A stretch of 64,000 bases of DNA, from positions 2,195,620-2,259,619 of the forward strand of contig BDGG01000004.1 of assembly GCA_001949185.1 (NCBI GenBank), read 5' to 3'. This stretch comes from Ramazzottius varieornatus (lineage: Eukaryota; Animalia; Tardigrada). How positions within the stretch are numbered: the stretch's first letter is position 1; every line of letters begins with the position of its first letter. Positions 37,126 through 50,913 of the stretch are shown piece after piece. The notes below the pieces were generated by a model that ran no database searches, was not told the DNA's origin, and worked only from the letters and a program-made list of their open reading frames with translations. The translations under genes were made by a program, and so were the position numbers.

Positions 37126-40100
37126 CTAACTTGGTTTCGCAGCGTACAATTCTTGGACTATGTCATCGTAATCTTGGGCGAAGACCGTCAAGTCCAGTCG
37201 CTGGGGAGCCCACAGACCACTGTCCGTTTCTTCTTCTTCGTGTTTCTCCGGTATGAAATCATCGTACTCAAAGTCGGCATCGCCAGCTTCCGGTCTGAAA
37301 GACACACTGGAACGAGGTGTATCACTGGCAAGCACCTCTTCCAAGTAAGTTCGATGTTTCGGCAAGGGTGAGCGATACATCTTGGATCCTCGCTCCACCT
37401 TCGGCGTTTCTTTCCCGTTTTGGTTAACCGATGTAGTCACCATCTCGATGTCGGCAACCCCACTTCTAGAGGGGCCACTGTTGTTCACTATGAGGTGAAC
37501 ATCAGCGGCGACCTCTTTGACTCGTGCAGCTGCCACGCCCACTTCCTCCTCGTGGAACGATGTCATCAAAGCGCACCGAGAGTCTCTGTTGACAGCGTCG
37601 CCATTCTTCGGTGTAACTGTTGCAAGATTCTTACCCGGAACTCTGGATGGCTTCTGTAGTACACGGTGAGTGAGGAACGGTAGAAGGATGTTCAGCACCA
37701 GACAAAGTCCAAGGACGCCAGAGACGAGCAGACCGCATCGCCTGAACAGCTCCCTTGTTCGCATGGCTTCTGACGATAGTAGGCGTTCGTCTACGGGGCT
37801 GTTGTCTGTAAAATGGAATACAACTAATAAAAACCTTAATTCATTAGAAACCACGGACAGGATACTATTACAGAAAATAATGATGTTTCGCATGCCATTG
37901 CTCATTACAGAGCCATTTGCGTCGGCTTCCAAATCCGGACCAAGGGGCCACAAAAACGCGTTTCCTTCCTGCTCGGTGATTTCTTGCGTACCATCGGCAT
38001 CTATATTGCAGAAAACGTACACATGAAATCAGTTCGCCGCCGTCTGCGACGGGCTTTGGATGGTCGTAAAAAATGATTGTAAGTACCAAGTGAGCACCGC
38101 GGCACAGAGCAAATTTGGATTTCGATGGAAGATCCCAAGCAGTTATTATTCGGGAACCAGTGATCAGCATTGTCGGTCTTCCTCAGGCAAGTTCGCTGTC
38201 TCAGACGTACAGCAGAGCTGACGTTCATGGCTGGGTTGCAGGTTTTCGTACAGGGCGACCAGGTACTCCATTCCGACCACCTGGGCAAGGTTCCCGAGCT
38301 CCCGTCAGTCTGGCGACCCAAGAAACTGACTTGCGGTACGCCCCCTGAAAACATACGCAACTAACATCCATGGGCCGATGATATCAATAACTATGTATTA
38401 ATAGTATAGTATCAGGAACGCATCAACGCTGAACGACTTGATTCCATGACCTCCTTTTTTCCCACTTCGATTGGCTATAGGGATGAGAGATTGTTGATGC
38501 TAGCTTACCAAAACATCAACAGCTGCCCACTGTTTACATCAAGCAGGCTTGTATCGATCGCAGATTGGGAATTACGCATGATTTATGAATTAATAAGGGA
38601 TGCCGGCAGGCTGTCAGCGCCGTCATAATTAGACAACAAACATTGGTGCTTCTGATGACCTTATTGATCCATGATTAATAACGGCATTTTTCTGGCGGTA
38701 ATTTTTTAGATGTTAGCCATTGAAGAACCTCGAGCCTGCAATAAAGCTCGAGCTAATGCAATATTGCCCGAGATTTTCGTATCACGTTTCGTGTCAGCCC
38801 GGGCAGGTCTCCTTGAACCTTCGTGGCGGGAAACATTGCGTGTCACAGATGGCTGACCCGATGCATCATCCATCTCATCTTAATACAGTTGCGTGTCATC
38901 TTCATATCTTTCTAGTGTGTACCGTCATAAAAAGGAATTAGGCCGCACAGAATGAGCTCCTGTGTCACCTACTTATACTCTCCCATTTCGCAAATTACAA
39001 TTTGCCCACATCTCGGACGTTCCCTGGGCGCAAAATCACGAATGTTTTCGTTGCCTTCGGGGCTACGTTTGCCTTTGGTGCAAGTTTTTGGCAATTCAGG
39101 CTTCTGCTTGCGGCACGCAAACTTGAGCATCTCGGACGAACTAACCAACCACTCACCTCCCAGCTGTTTATCGACTGTGGACATCTGAAGACACTTCCGA
39201 GTCGCTTCGAGTTCGCTACTTTGTCCCCCTCGAGTCACACTGGTGTAAGTCCAACAAAAGCCGGCTGCTTGATCGCGCTGTGTCCAGAGTATGCGACAAG
39301 GAAAGTTGAAACTGACGCCCCGCGGTCGCGACTGAATGGAGCGTTCCATCAGGAATGTCTGCAATGATACGAAAAACAAACCTTGTGAATAATAGATGAC
39401 TTTGAAATACTCGTACTGCAAGAATGCATTACCTCCTCGACGGCAGGTCCAGAAGCTCTCTTCTTGCCTATGCGGTAAAGGCGGATTTTGTCATTAGCGA
39501 CGCACTCAGGTGCCCTGTAGGAGACCCTTATGGAGCGACTCCTGTTGTTTCGAGTGGCGCAATAGCCAAGATCACCCAGGATAACGAGGCCGTAATCCTC
39601 GACAGCCAGCTGAGCGCCAATGGCCGTGTTGGGGCTAGTGGCTACTGTAATCTCAGACTGATCCGGAAGCAAGGGGTTCAGTAATATGGCTAAGGTTGCA
39701 TAATAGGTGCCAGACCGATCCAATAGCTGACAACCAAATGAGATCGATGTGTTATGCGGCGATCGCATTGTCCCGAACGGCCAAGCTAGTTCGCGCGAAG
39801 CCACTGTCTCAGTGGGAGCTTCCTCTGTCTGTTTGTACATCAAATTAACTCTCAAGGTGAGGTTGGGCGGCTGCTGTTGCGGACAGACAATACTTGTTTG
39901 CAGCGAGACGTTCACCGGTAGTTCCTCCTTGTAAGGCTGAATGGTGTTTTTCAACAGAAACAAGTTAATGGTCTGGAACCAGCGAACTTCGACGAAGACC
40001 TCAGCATTGGCAAGGATCTGTTTGCCGTTGGAGTGAGCGCTGGCATGTAGAGCGTAACGGCCTGGAAGGACGAGTAGGTGACAAGGGAACTCCATCATTT

Positions 40101-40556
40101 TCCAACTAGTACTCGATACATCAACGGCGACGTTTAGCTCGTTCCGCTTCAAAGTTGCGTTTGTGTTCATCGGAATCAGGCTAATGATGAAAGACTGTGG
40201 AGTAGTTGGCTCATTCAGGAAGCGGAAGGAAAAGGTAAGTGGTCCACTGAGAATGTAGTGCACGACCGGCGCGCGGATTTCCATCTTCGGTGCCGGCGTT
40301 GAAAAGTTCATACTGGTCACTGACATTACCGATTCCGGTACCGTCCCTGCAAAAGCAATAAGGTTAAAGTATAAGAGAAAAATCATGACGGACCATGAAT
40401 ATGCTTTTCGAGAAAAGACCCTGTCGAACCCGATGGATTCATTGTGTTCTCCTGTTCTCGAGCGGCAGAACAGGTTACCAGAAATACACAAAATACGACA
40501 CGCAGAGTAAGAAAGAAGGTCCAAAATCGAAACACTATTGGCGGAAGATTGCTCAT
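37126..40556 (-). CDS. Type I membrane protein with a TSP1 domain, golden goal (gogo)/THSD1-like
   Basis: Signal-like first exon (MSNLPPIVFRFWTFFLTL..CSA), repeated F-x-C modules (EFPCHLLVLPGRY, SFGCQLLDRSGTY, NFPCRIL..GFCWTY), TSP1 WSEWSTWSPCTKTC..RQRTC..C, TM segment GLLVSGVLGLCLVLNILLPFL, acidic cytoplasmic DFEYDDF. Confidence 0.72.
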
Positions 40557-41558
40557 TTCAACGATAGAACCATGGTAAATACGGAAAAACACCCGATCAC
40601 GGAAATTGTTAGTTCACTCATCGGGCGTGGCCAAGGTGAGAAAACAGCTCTCTTCCGAAAACAACGATCAAGCACTACTTCAGGCAGGCCTCACAGAGGA
40701 TTTGCCGATGAGGTCGAAAGGCAAGGGTCGGCTACACATTTCGGCCAGCAAAAACATAATAAAGATGGGATACCGTGTTTGCTCAATCATCCTTGGATAA
40801 CCCGTCATTCATCCCCACGTTCATCCAGCTGACATTTCGCATGTACTGCTGTGCAACTGGAGGAGTAATATAAAACGGATTAACTGGTGCAAGGTACCTC
40901 TTTGTACGAATTCATTTGCAGCCTGCGTCCAGACAGACTCCCGAAGTGTATTCAAGTATGGGATTGAGTATCGGTACAGGCAGTGGCACTGGAATAGGAG
41001 GGTGACATGCCGACAGATCAATGAGCTTGATGACGGCATTCTGTAGAAGGCTAAATATCCGGCTAAATATCATTTGTCGAGAGATCGAGCGGCCTGCTCA
41101 GATGGAAAAGGGAACAGGAAATGTACAGCAACAAACGCTCATTCTGTCCACCTCATCATCCAGCACTCTACTTCTAGTAACCTCTCTTGCCGAACAGACT
41201 TATCATAACAACATGCAGAACACGCATCTCCATCTCGCACGAGATGGATACCTTCACCCTTTCACCGCTCTTCACTCCACAATGCGAAATACAAGATGCC
41301 ATCTTTAACAATGAAAGTTACTGTAAGTTACGCGAAAACTAGCTGTGTAAAAGTCTTCATGCAGAATATCAGAAATCCGTTTCGCGCCAACTTGCATTTT
41401 TATTAAATTTAAATTTTTAACTTGAATTTTTCAAATGCATCAACAGTCAAACAGACCGCCTATGTCAGCAAACAAACACAGCCATGAGGAAACGATCGAC
41501 TTACATCGCACAATTTTGAAAGACTGACCACCCAGGTTCCGCTTAGTGAACGGCAGGG

Positions 41559-42590
41559 TCAACATCCAGCTTGCCGTCGAACTTCCTGGAGGAAAGCGGC
41601 GGCGTCGTCGCTGTGGGAAACTATTTGGCTTCCCACTTCCTTCAAGGATGGCGTTCGGCCTGGACCTTTCTCTCCGTCTGAGCCACCTTCAGCTGTGGAA
41701 CCAGTCATCGTATACCAGTGTACCGGACCTACGAAGTCATCACGATCAACACGGCAGCAGGACGACCACTGGACCAAACCCAGTAAAGCAAGCACTGCGT
41801 TTTATCATGCTTTAATATATTCTTGTCGGACATCAACTGAAACTGGCAAAGAGTTTTATAAAAGGCTTGCACAGAATTTATGACCGAGCTTACCAAGAGA
41901 GAAAGTTCGGATGTCGCCGGTGATGCGCATTGGACACTTTTCCAAAGAGCCATCGAAGAGATGAATGGGCGTATGGCCATCGAAAGAGACATCGTCCACT
42001 TTGAACTTGATCTCGTCACCTTGTTTGATTTCGAAATACTTGGAACTTCCGGTTTTAAGTTTTTTTGTCCAGATGAAAGTGTTCTTCTCGTGATGGAAGG
42101 TGGTATCACGTGGGAGAAAGGTACGAGGTATGTGGACAGGGAGACCAGCTATCATGCGCACCAGCAAGCCTTCGCTGTTGACAGACTCGACGCGTCCTTT
42201 CGCCAAAGAGTTCTTCACTGTAAAATATCGGAGGTTAAGTATGATAAGTGGGATTTTGTGCGATAACGAGTTTCTTACCTGGGTTGGTCGCATAACATTG
42301 AAAGCGAACGCGGGCGTATATTCCACCGTCGGAGGGATCGAAATTTCCGGGCTTTACGCTGACCACACGAGTCACTACTACAACCAATCCCACGTTCTTC
42401 AATATCTGAAAGCAACCCAGAAAGCATTATTCTCTTCTTGGATAACTCAACGAAGAAGTGCGGAACTTACGTGACTGACCACTTGGGACTGTAGGATGTA
42501 TCTCGCGGTGGACAAGACATCGGCATTCCACAAGGCGAGAAAGGTTGGATGAACATACAACAAGCGCTCAAGCTCATATCGCTGAAACAT
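41559..42590 (-). CDS. Divergent RNA polymerase stalk subunit, RPB7/RPC8 (RPC25) family, 4 coding exons
   Basis: MFQRYELERLLYVHP..|ILKNVGLVVV..DPSDGGIYARVRFQCYATNP|VKNSLAKGRVESVNSEGLLV..IP..FIW..GDEIKFKVDDVSF..PMRITGDIRTFSL|GPVHWY parallels RPC8 (NVGL..PGDGAS..F...P..GKI....EG..GEEIRFRV..GLGLLSWW). Confidence 0.8.
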
Positions 42591-42958
42591 TCCGCAGGAA
42601 CGGACCAGGGTTCAACTTTCGGATTAGAGTAGAGTACGATACATCTGGGGAAGAAACGAGAAGACAGAAAGGAGAAGATTATACGAGTTCGGATTTCCGG
42701 TTGCTCACTTGTTCAGTGTTGAACAACTTGACTTGTTGTGGTTTTACAGGAGAGGGTTTGCGACTTCGGCCACAATGCTCTAATGCGTGCTAGACTCGGT
42801 AACCCGATAACAGCTCTGTGGTAAAAGGTCAGTTACTAATTTTTGTCTTGCGATTCCTGCAGATTCTTGTGATCCCGATTCTGTTCGTCTTCCTTTGCTG
42901 ACTTCCTCTCGACGGAAGGTGGTCTTGGGAGTTTATCTTCGTTCTTTCGGATATCAAG

Positions 42959-45348
42959 ATGCCCAGAGAACGCACGAGGGAAGATAACTTGCCCAGTCGG
43001 ATCTACACTGGTAAACGGGACGTCGACGAAATTGTTGAGAGGTCGAGGTAAGTGGTTCTTATGATAATCTTCCAGCTGTGCCTTTCTCTGACCCGTTGGA
43101 TAGTCTGCTGGATGAGTTCTGGCTCGGTTACTCGTAGGTTAAGCCATCGATCCAAGGATGAGTGTAGTGAAGAACGGCGCCACAGCAAACGTAGACGATC
43201 TTCATCAAAATCTCCCACTCGATCTTCTCGACGTCATGACGATCGTAGACGGTCACCTGAAGTCGAGCTTTCGAAAGCGCAACTTAAAGAACTGGAAACC
43301 CCAGAGGATAAACAAGCGAGACGTTTGGCAAAGAAGCTGGCGAAGCAGAAGAAGTTGCAGTCACGTGGGGAATCAGTTGAAAGCGAAGGAAACAACCCGT
43401 TTGGAGATCCTCTACTGCACGAAACTTTCATTTGGGGCAAGAAGTTGAAGAAGGAAGGACTCGATCATCTAACTGCGGACGACATCAAGAGAAGAAATCG
43501 TATGAAACAGGGAGAAACGAGGTAAGTGGTCGTTATTCAGCTTATTCTTGATTGTTGATAGTGTCGTCAGCTGGTTTTTTATTGGCGCGAATACTTGAGA
43601 CAGATTTTGTTCTTTGTAGAGATGAACTGGAGAAAGTTAGACAGAGGAGGCAGCAGTACGAAAGAGAGCGAGCGGAACGAGAAGAGGAGCAACAGATGGT
43701 GCAAAGAGAGAAAGAAGTTGCCCAGTTCAAAATGTGGGAAGCCCAGGAAGATGGTTTCCATCTCCGTCAGGCCCAGCTTCGCTCAGACATTCGCATCCGT
43801 GATGGCCGGGCTAAGCCCATCGATCTGCTTGCAAAGTACATCAGCAGCAAGTTCGAAGATCTGGCTGTAGACATTCATGAGCCTTACACTTACGTTGATG
43901 GCCTGAGCAAGAAAGACCTGGAGGACTTGCAGCAGGATATCGCAGTCTACCAGAGACTGGAAACGGAGAAGTCTAACCTCGACTACTGGCGGAACATCGT
44001 TACGATCGTTAACGAAGAGCTGAACAAGATTGCGCGAAACGAAGCCGAGGTGGAACGGCGAGCTGGAAGACAGGGTATAAATGCGTCTGTTAGTGCTGAT
44101 GTCGCTGGCGTCATCAAAGGGAAAACGCTACCGCAGCTTCTGGAACTGGAGAAACAGATCAGGTCGAAGATCTCTGGAAGAACGGAAGGTGTAGATGTCT
44201 CATACTGGGAGAGCTTGCAGCAACAGGTATGTGAGTTGGGACAGTTCGGGCCAACTTCCTTTGGCGGCACGGACTTGTCGACGGCCAGGGTCAGCTCAGG
44301 GCCGTGCCGCTGAGCGGGGATTTTAACCTCGATTTTATGACGACTATAACAGCTCGATTCCGTTATAACTTTCAGATTTCGGCTCATATGGCAAGAGTAA
44401 GGCTTCGGGAAAAACATCAGGAGAACATGAAGCAGAAGCTGATTGAGCTGAAGAAAGAGCAGGGCATCGAGGACGACAGGCTGATGCCTCCCCCGGGCAT
44501 TCCGGCCGACGAGGAAAGACCATCCACATCAAAGAAGGAAGTTCCTATCTCGAACCTCGTCTACTCCGAGGAAGATCAACAGTACTTCTTGGAATTCACC
44601 AGCGGCCGTTACAGCCCTTCGTTGATACCTTTCGACGAAATGGACGCAACCATCCACTTGGTGGAACCCGAAGAAGACCTGAGGAAACTCCAAATGGCTC
44701 GCGAACAAGTGGCGAAGACCGGCTCGGCCACCATCGTCACTACGGAAGATCACGTCTTTGAACGAGAAGCCAAGAAAGGTAAAAAAAATCAGAACCGTTA
44801 TCAGATTGTGCGGTGGCCATTCGTCTTCATTGGCTTGAGATGCTTATAAGCTGGAACATCATCAGTCTTTGCAGTTTCTCATGATGGCATATTTTGTTTG
44901 ATTTTAAGGTATGGGAGACGACGAAGCCCAGTTCAGCGTGGAAACGATGGTGGATCAGCCAACGTACATCTGGTCAGAGAAGTACCGTCCAAGAAAGCCA
45001 CGCTACTTTAACCGAGTGCACACCGGGTTCGAGTGGAACAAGTACAACCAGACACATTACGATTTGGACAATCCTCCACCGAAAGTGGTGCAAGGATACA
45101 AATTCAACATATTCTATCCCGACCTGATTGATAAAAGTATCACACCGCGTTACACAATAACGCCTTGCAAGGATAATACCGATTTCAGCACATTGAGAAT
45201 CAGCGCCGGACCGCCATACGAAGACATAGCCTTCAAAATTGTCAACCGGGAGTGGGAGTATTCATATAAAAGAGGCTTTCGTTGTCAGTTCCATAACAAC
45301 ATTTTCCAACTCTGGTTCCACTTCAAACGCTATCGATACCGACGATAA
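42959..45348 (+). CDS. CACTIN: Cactin (spliceosome-associated factor)
   Basis: ETPEDKQARRLAKK, NPFGDPLLHETFIWGKK, QEDGFHLRQAQLRSDIRIRDGRAKPIDLLAKYI, KYRPRKPRYFNRVHTGFEWNKYNQTHYD..QLWFHFKRYRYRR*. Confidence 0.98.
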
Positions 45349-45394
45349 CTCTTTCAATATTTGTACGTTCTTTCACAAATATGACATTTCTGTG

Positions 45395-47483
45395 TTACTC
45401 ATCTTTCTTGTCGACAAAGTCCTTGATTGAGAATGTCACGGCTGTTCCCCAGTCGAGGCTTGAGTCAGACGAGTTTTGCGGGTATTCTGGTTCCAATGAG
45501 ACTCCGGAATCTTGGCTGTGTAAAGGCTGACCACCGAAACCCCACCGTATTTTTCCACGGTAGCCAAACTGCCAGATTGTCCACATTATGCACAGTGTCC
45601 CAAACGTCAGCCATAAAAGTGCGATCATTGATGGAAGTGGTTTCGTGATCAGCTCGAGGTCGAACCGCATCACGATGAGCAGCTCGGTTATAATCACGAT
45701 GAGGACCATCCATGCTTGCTTACCGAGCTTCTTGCACTTCCTGTCAACATGATATTCTGCTAGTTGGTCGGTGACAGTCCTTCAGTTTTATAGAGCAAAC
45801 TTACGGGTTATCCAAATACTCAAACGTCTCGCGCATTGCGACTCCACCACACAGCAGGAAGAATATGAGCCTAATAAGGTTCATCGAGTTGGGCGGCGGT
45901 ATCCACAAGACGTACTTGAGGTAGAAGGTGTTCAGTTCGGCCATCAGAAACTATGGAGTAAAAGTACTGATAAGTAGAACGTATTCAAGCAAAAAGAGAA
46001 AGTGGACGTGCTGTTCTGATGCTTACGATACATATTACGCCCATCATGGCCGCCCAACGCTTGAAGCTGGACAAGGGACGCCAGTCGAATTCCACCCAAC
46101 TGTACGGAGTAAACTGCGCCACCATGCGCTTCAGTTTTCCTCTGCAAGAAAAAAAAGATCAAACAATGTACTTACCATTCGCGAAGCGCCGGGACTTAGA
46201 AGACATACGAGTAGGTTTGAATTGTCCAGAGACCTCTCCAGTGATAAGGCCGGATCTCAAGGTACTTCAGTGTGATCATTCCCAGAACGATCCCAGTGCC
46301 GTTACAGATCAGTGCATCCATGATCCACTACAAAAGAAGTGCAAAGTAGCAGTTACTCCGTCCGTCAAGGCAATGTGCGACAAGGTTTCTTACATGATCC
46401 CACCAGCACTCGCTGAAGTTCGGCAGCTGGTGTTCCAACGTGTACTCCAGCAACTCGAACATAATGCTAATCACAGTGCACAACCACCAGTCGCGCAAAA
46501 TGAGCGTCTTCAGCCACCATCCGAAGAAGTGAGTCGGAACAAACCCGTCGAACTTGTCCTGCACAACACAAATTTTGGAAAGATTACGGTACACTGCAAT
46601 GATAATCGGACATAATTCCGTGATCCCTTTTGATATTACATACCCAAACATTGTGATATGGGTCGGTGTGGTTCCTGTCGTATATAAGACAGCTTCCGCC
46701 GTAATCTTTCTCCGGTAGTTCCACTCCCAGTGTTGGGTCTATGTGTTTCAAAAGTCGACGCGCATCGTCGGGGGACTAAAAACACAACAATGATATCACA
46801 TTGATCCGAGAACGATACGACGGACTGGTACAACATAGCGCAGTTACAAGAACCGGGAACCTGAATACTAATATCGGTTAGAACCAAACATTTCATGACT
46901 TTCTTTCACGTAGACTTCATTTACCTGCAGAAGGAGGAATATGAGACAAAGCTCATAAAGGACGGAAATGTTAAAAACAAACCGCCAGACGATAGGGTGT
47001 GGTCGACGGAAAGGACCATCGCTGGTTGTCATTATGCCGAACACCAAAAACATCACCATCACGGCCAGGATGCCCCTATGAGCGAGCAAGATTCAGATCA
47101 CATCCTCCCGAACATGTAGAGAATATATTCTGAAATCAGAAACGCCACAATACCTTCTGGTGTTGAAGGAAGTATCGTACGAAATCGGCTCGAAAAATGT
47201 GACGTAGGCCAGCGCGCAGGTGATGAAAAATAAAACTGTAAGCGTGTGAGCCCTCCTGCAACGACAGAATCATCGTATTAGTAGCCGTTCATTGAACTGG
47301 CAAATCTCCTGCGGAAGCGTACCAGAAAAACGTTATGGTGCCATCGTCAAGGACAAGTCGACATTTCCGTGTGCCTTTGTAATACTCCCAGTCGTGCGCT
47401 GTCCGAACTTCAATGTCAGGCGATGTAACGGCGAATGTCCCTTCTCTTCCCGACCGCTCTATCTCGTCCCGACGTGATAACAT
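45395..47483 (-). CDS. PTDSS2: Phosphatidylserine synthase 2
   Basis: DDGTITFFW|[13 protein letters not shown]|[13 protein letters not shown].., [47 protein letters not shown]. Confidence 0.95.
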
Positions 47484-48427
47484 TTATTGTTCTCAGATGT
47501 TCGGAAAGTACGAAAAATCAGTCCCTGAGATGACACGGCAAGAAATTATTAAGGATCAAACTGAATCTTCACCACCTGATACAGGACGTCAGTTAGGGCT
47601 TGTGAACCAGCGCGAGTATAGTGTGTCATACCGGAAGTATATACAGATGCTTGACGTGAATACACAGAACGTAGAAAATCTGCGCCCCAGGGAAAAATCT
47701 CGCTTTCCCGACGCCCAATGTAGATCAATAAACAAACTGGACAGCTTTCGGGCGTCTGAGCTGTGGACCGGAAGTGAAGACTGATGCTCGCGCTGGAGTC
47801 CAACTTGAACAGATATAATTATGCCCGAGTAACACGACGTTCAACTACGAAAACCCAGCGTTCCATATCTCCCAGGGTCCTGTAAACAGCAAAGAGTGAG
47901 AACGAGGAAGATGGGATCAAGATGTGATCAGTGATGAAAGTGAAACTGCACAGGAACTGCCAGCCGTGCCAGGAAGTCCCTCAATTCAGGACTGGAACGT
48001 TGTCCGGTCATGTCATCTGTGATAGTGTCGAAGTGTACGGATTGAATTGCTTGATTGGCTGATCGTTGGTGAATCTCACCCACTAAATAACGGTATTCGC
48101 AAACCCGCGTTTGACAAATGACAACAAAGAAACAAAATCCAACTTCGAATTCCGAAAGTTTCCAAGTTCTGATTCCCGAGCTCCGGAACCCGGACACTGC
48201 TATTACTTCTGTCGGAACAATCTGTTCGTTACAGAACCCTCGGGCTGCCTCTCGTGTTGGACGGACAGTGGTGGAGGTGGCGGTCACGGTCGATGCTCTA
48301 TTGCTTTGTAAAGACAGCAATCTACGACAGCCTGATCAACCTAGAGATGTACCTGAGGTAAGGCCAGAATTAAACCACAGTGGCTCTATTAGCGTATTGC
48401 ATGCGTTCTCTATTTTCCAGGTGTTGA

Positions 48428-49946
48428 ATGGAGGCGAGAAGCTACCTGAACTTAACGACGAATCATTATGGAAACTTTGTCGCCAATAGACCTATGAACT
48501 TCCCCTCCGAACTGCCTGCTGAAACTCAAGCTTCATCTGCTGCTCAGTCATCTACTCTCGCTGACTCCTTCCTGTCCTTTGGCAGCACATCACAGATTTC
48601 CAGTCAAGAAACGAACGCTGCATCCACTACAGACTCCGATTCCGTGGCGTCTCTGTCAGAGTCGGAAGCGGGTAGTATATCCGAGAGCTTCGTCTCGGTT
48701 CGTGCACCTCCGTTACCAGCGTTGTCGTCTTCATCTTCCTATCCTCCCTCCGTAGCGAGGCTCACTAAAGATTCGCCTGAGATCAGGGCGGTACACAACG
48801 TTTCTGAACAGTATCGTCGAAAGTTTCTGCGCAGTTGTTTTGATAACCTGCAAAAGGAAGTCGTGACGGACTCGAAAGCCCATCAGAAAGCCTCCCATTT
48901 ACTGATCCTCACTTCGGCCATCGAAGTCATACAGCAGGTATCATGTATTTTAGGCGACAGTTTATATATCGACAGCTTACTGATCTGGATGGGTTTTTTA
49001 CAGATTAAAGGCAAAGAGGGGTTCATCAACGGCGAGCTCATTCGGTTGACGGAAGAACAGGCCGTGAATAAAGAGCGCCTCGATCGTCTAGTCACCGAAA
49101 TTCGCAGCGCTGATCCGTCGATCGACCTGGACGATATTCTCCTAAGAGAACCCCTCGGCATTCCCGACACGACTCTCTCATCGTCGCTGCTGGATCGACA
49201 GGACCCGGTCCAAGTAGGTGAAGTGGAAATCAGCTCGACGTTGTCGAACCGAAAGCGTCCGGCAGACAGCGGTAACGAGAACGACATACTAGAATCCCTT
49301 TCCACATCTTTTCCGAACAAAATGTCTCCGGCACTCACGGTTCAAAAGCGCCCGAAGAAAAGCAAGAGCCGAAACCACACCTCAGAAAACCAGAACGGAC
49401 TCGTGTCGTCCGCATCAACCGAAGCTAACACAGCGGACCTAACGGAAATACAGGAACCTTCAGCGAAGCGGAGACCTTCAACTCGTAGGTGTACCCAATA
49501 GTAGAAACCAGAAACAAAGCATCATCGTTCCACACCAATTCTGTATATTATGCTTAGGTAAGCTGTTACTGCGGACCATCGAGGAACCAGTCGAACTGGG
49601 AGACCCTGACATACCGCAGACGTCTCCCAGTGTAGTAACCACCGTGAAGGAGACTTTGACCACGGAGGAGCGACGGAAGCTGGCTGCCGAGCGAGGTCTT
49701 CCGCTCCATCTGGCTAACGGTATTCCGACCCTACCAGGTGTGGACTACTGGTCGTCATCTCTGTGCGTCTTTCCCATGTCGTTACGCAGAGGGCGTTCCT
49801 GGTTTCCGAAGGAGAAGATGGACGTTGTTTTGGATGAGAGGTCAAAGAAGACGACGGATTCCCCAGCCATTCCACAATCTAGGCAGAATAATGGTAAGAA
49901 TGGTCAGAACAACGGTCCAGTGTGGAGTATCAGTAATGCTCAGTGA
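48428..49946 (+). CDS. Myc/Max/Mad-network bHLH-ZIP protein, Mnt-like
   Basis: RAVHNVSEQYRRKFLRSCFDNLQKEV..KASHLLILTSAIEVIQQ|IKGKEGFINGELIRLTEEQAVNKERLDRL resembles Mnt (REVHNKLEKNRRAHLKECFE..TSNLSVL..EMERLAREK..QRL). Start codon uncertain. Confidence 0.72.
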
Positions 49947-50439
49947 AGAGTGTTTTCTCAGATCTGAAGTGAGGTAGTATACAGAGGTCACGGATCATTT
50001 GACTTTGGGCCTGATACTGACACACGCCATTCTTGTTTAAATATGTTCTAACCTCACTGGGTTTCCGATCAAGCTGTTTCAACCACACCGATCTCCATGA
50101 GAAGATTTTGGTCTAATGTTTTAGATTTCCGTTTTTGTCGCATGAGGAGCCTAGATAGTCTGGAATGGCTGGGCTCCTCGTTTTTACGTTTCGCAACCTG
50201 TACGGGAGTGTGCAGCCGACTCCGCTTTCGTACAGTGTACAAGCTCTTAAAATAAAATATTTGAATAATACCTCTATGAACAACTCTACGTAAATTTGAT
50301 TTGTTAGCCCAAGTTTTTGACGGACTAAACGAAGGGTGTTTCAAGCGGAAGTACTCGCCATTGGTGCCACCAACGTCTCACGTTTTTGCGTAGTGTGGAC
50401 GCAGGAAGCAGCTTGGTGGAAATGTCACCGTTAAGCTCG

Positions 50440-50913
50440 TGCACTTGAAGTTCGTCAGGTTTTCAATTTGGGAAGTGGTCGGTCGTAAGAATTACACTAA
50501 ATGGCTAGGTCAGTGTAATAAGCTTTTTGACACCTTCTAATACGTGGTGACAAGTCTGCCGAATGGCGCGCGAGCTGGTCTGTCGTTTCCATCTGTGAGC
50601 AGAGGCTTTCAGGCTGATGTGATTTAATCCTGTGTCGTGAGAAACGTTCGCCTACTTCAGAGAATGATTTTTCGAGTCGAAAAACCCGGTGGTTGTTATG
50701 TCTGGCACTGCTGGATACCCTTTGTTCCCATGAGCGTAATCTGAGTTAATTTCAGTGGGAATTCTGGCCGGTCTGCTTGGTGATACTTGAGGACCTAACT
50801 TACGCGCGCGCGCAGGGTTTTCTTTAGCCGGAAATACTGATTCACTCGCATGCACTTGGAAGTTCATCAGGATGGCAATTTGGGAAATGGTCGGTCGAAA
50901 GTATTGCACTAAG
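50440..50913 (+). repeat. Diverged direct repeat pair of about 62 bp (50440-50500, 50851-50913)
   Basis: tgcacttgaagttcgtcaggttttcaatttgggaagtggtcggtcgtaagaattacactaa vs tgcacttggaagttcatcaggatggcaatttgggaaatggtcggtcgaaagtattgcactaa. Confidence 0.8.

Noticed and set aside
41856-42326. Initial reading as RPA43
   Set aside because: The spliced product fits the RPC8/RPB7 pattern better (NVGL, DG, W, G-x-x-x-W-Y ending).
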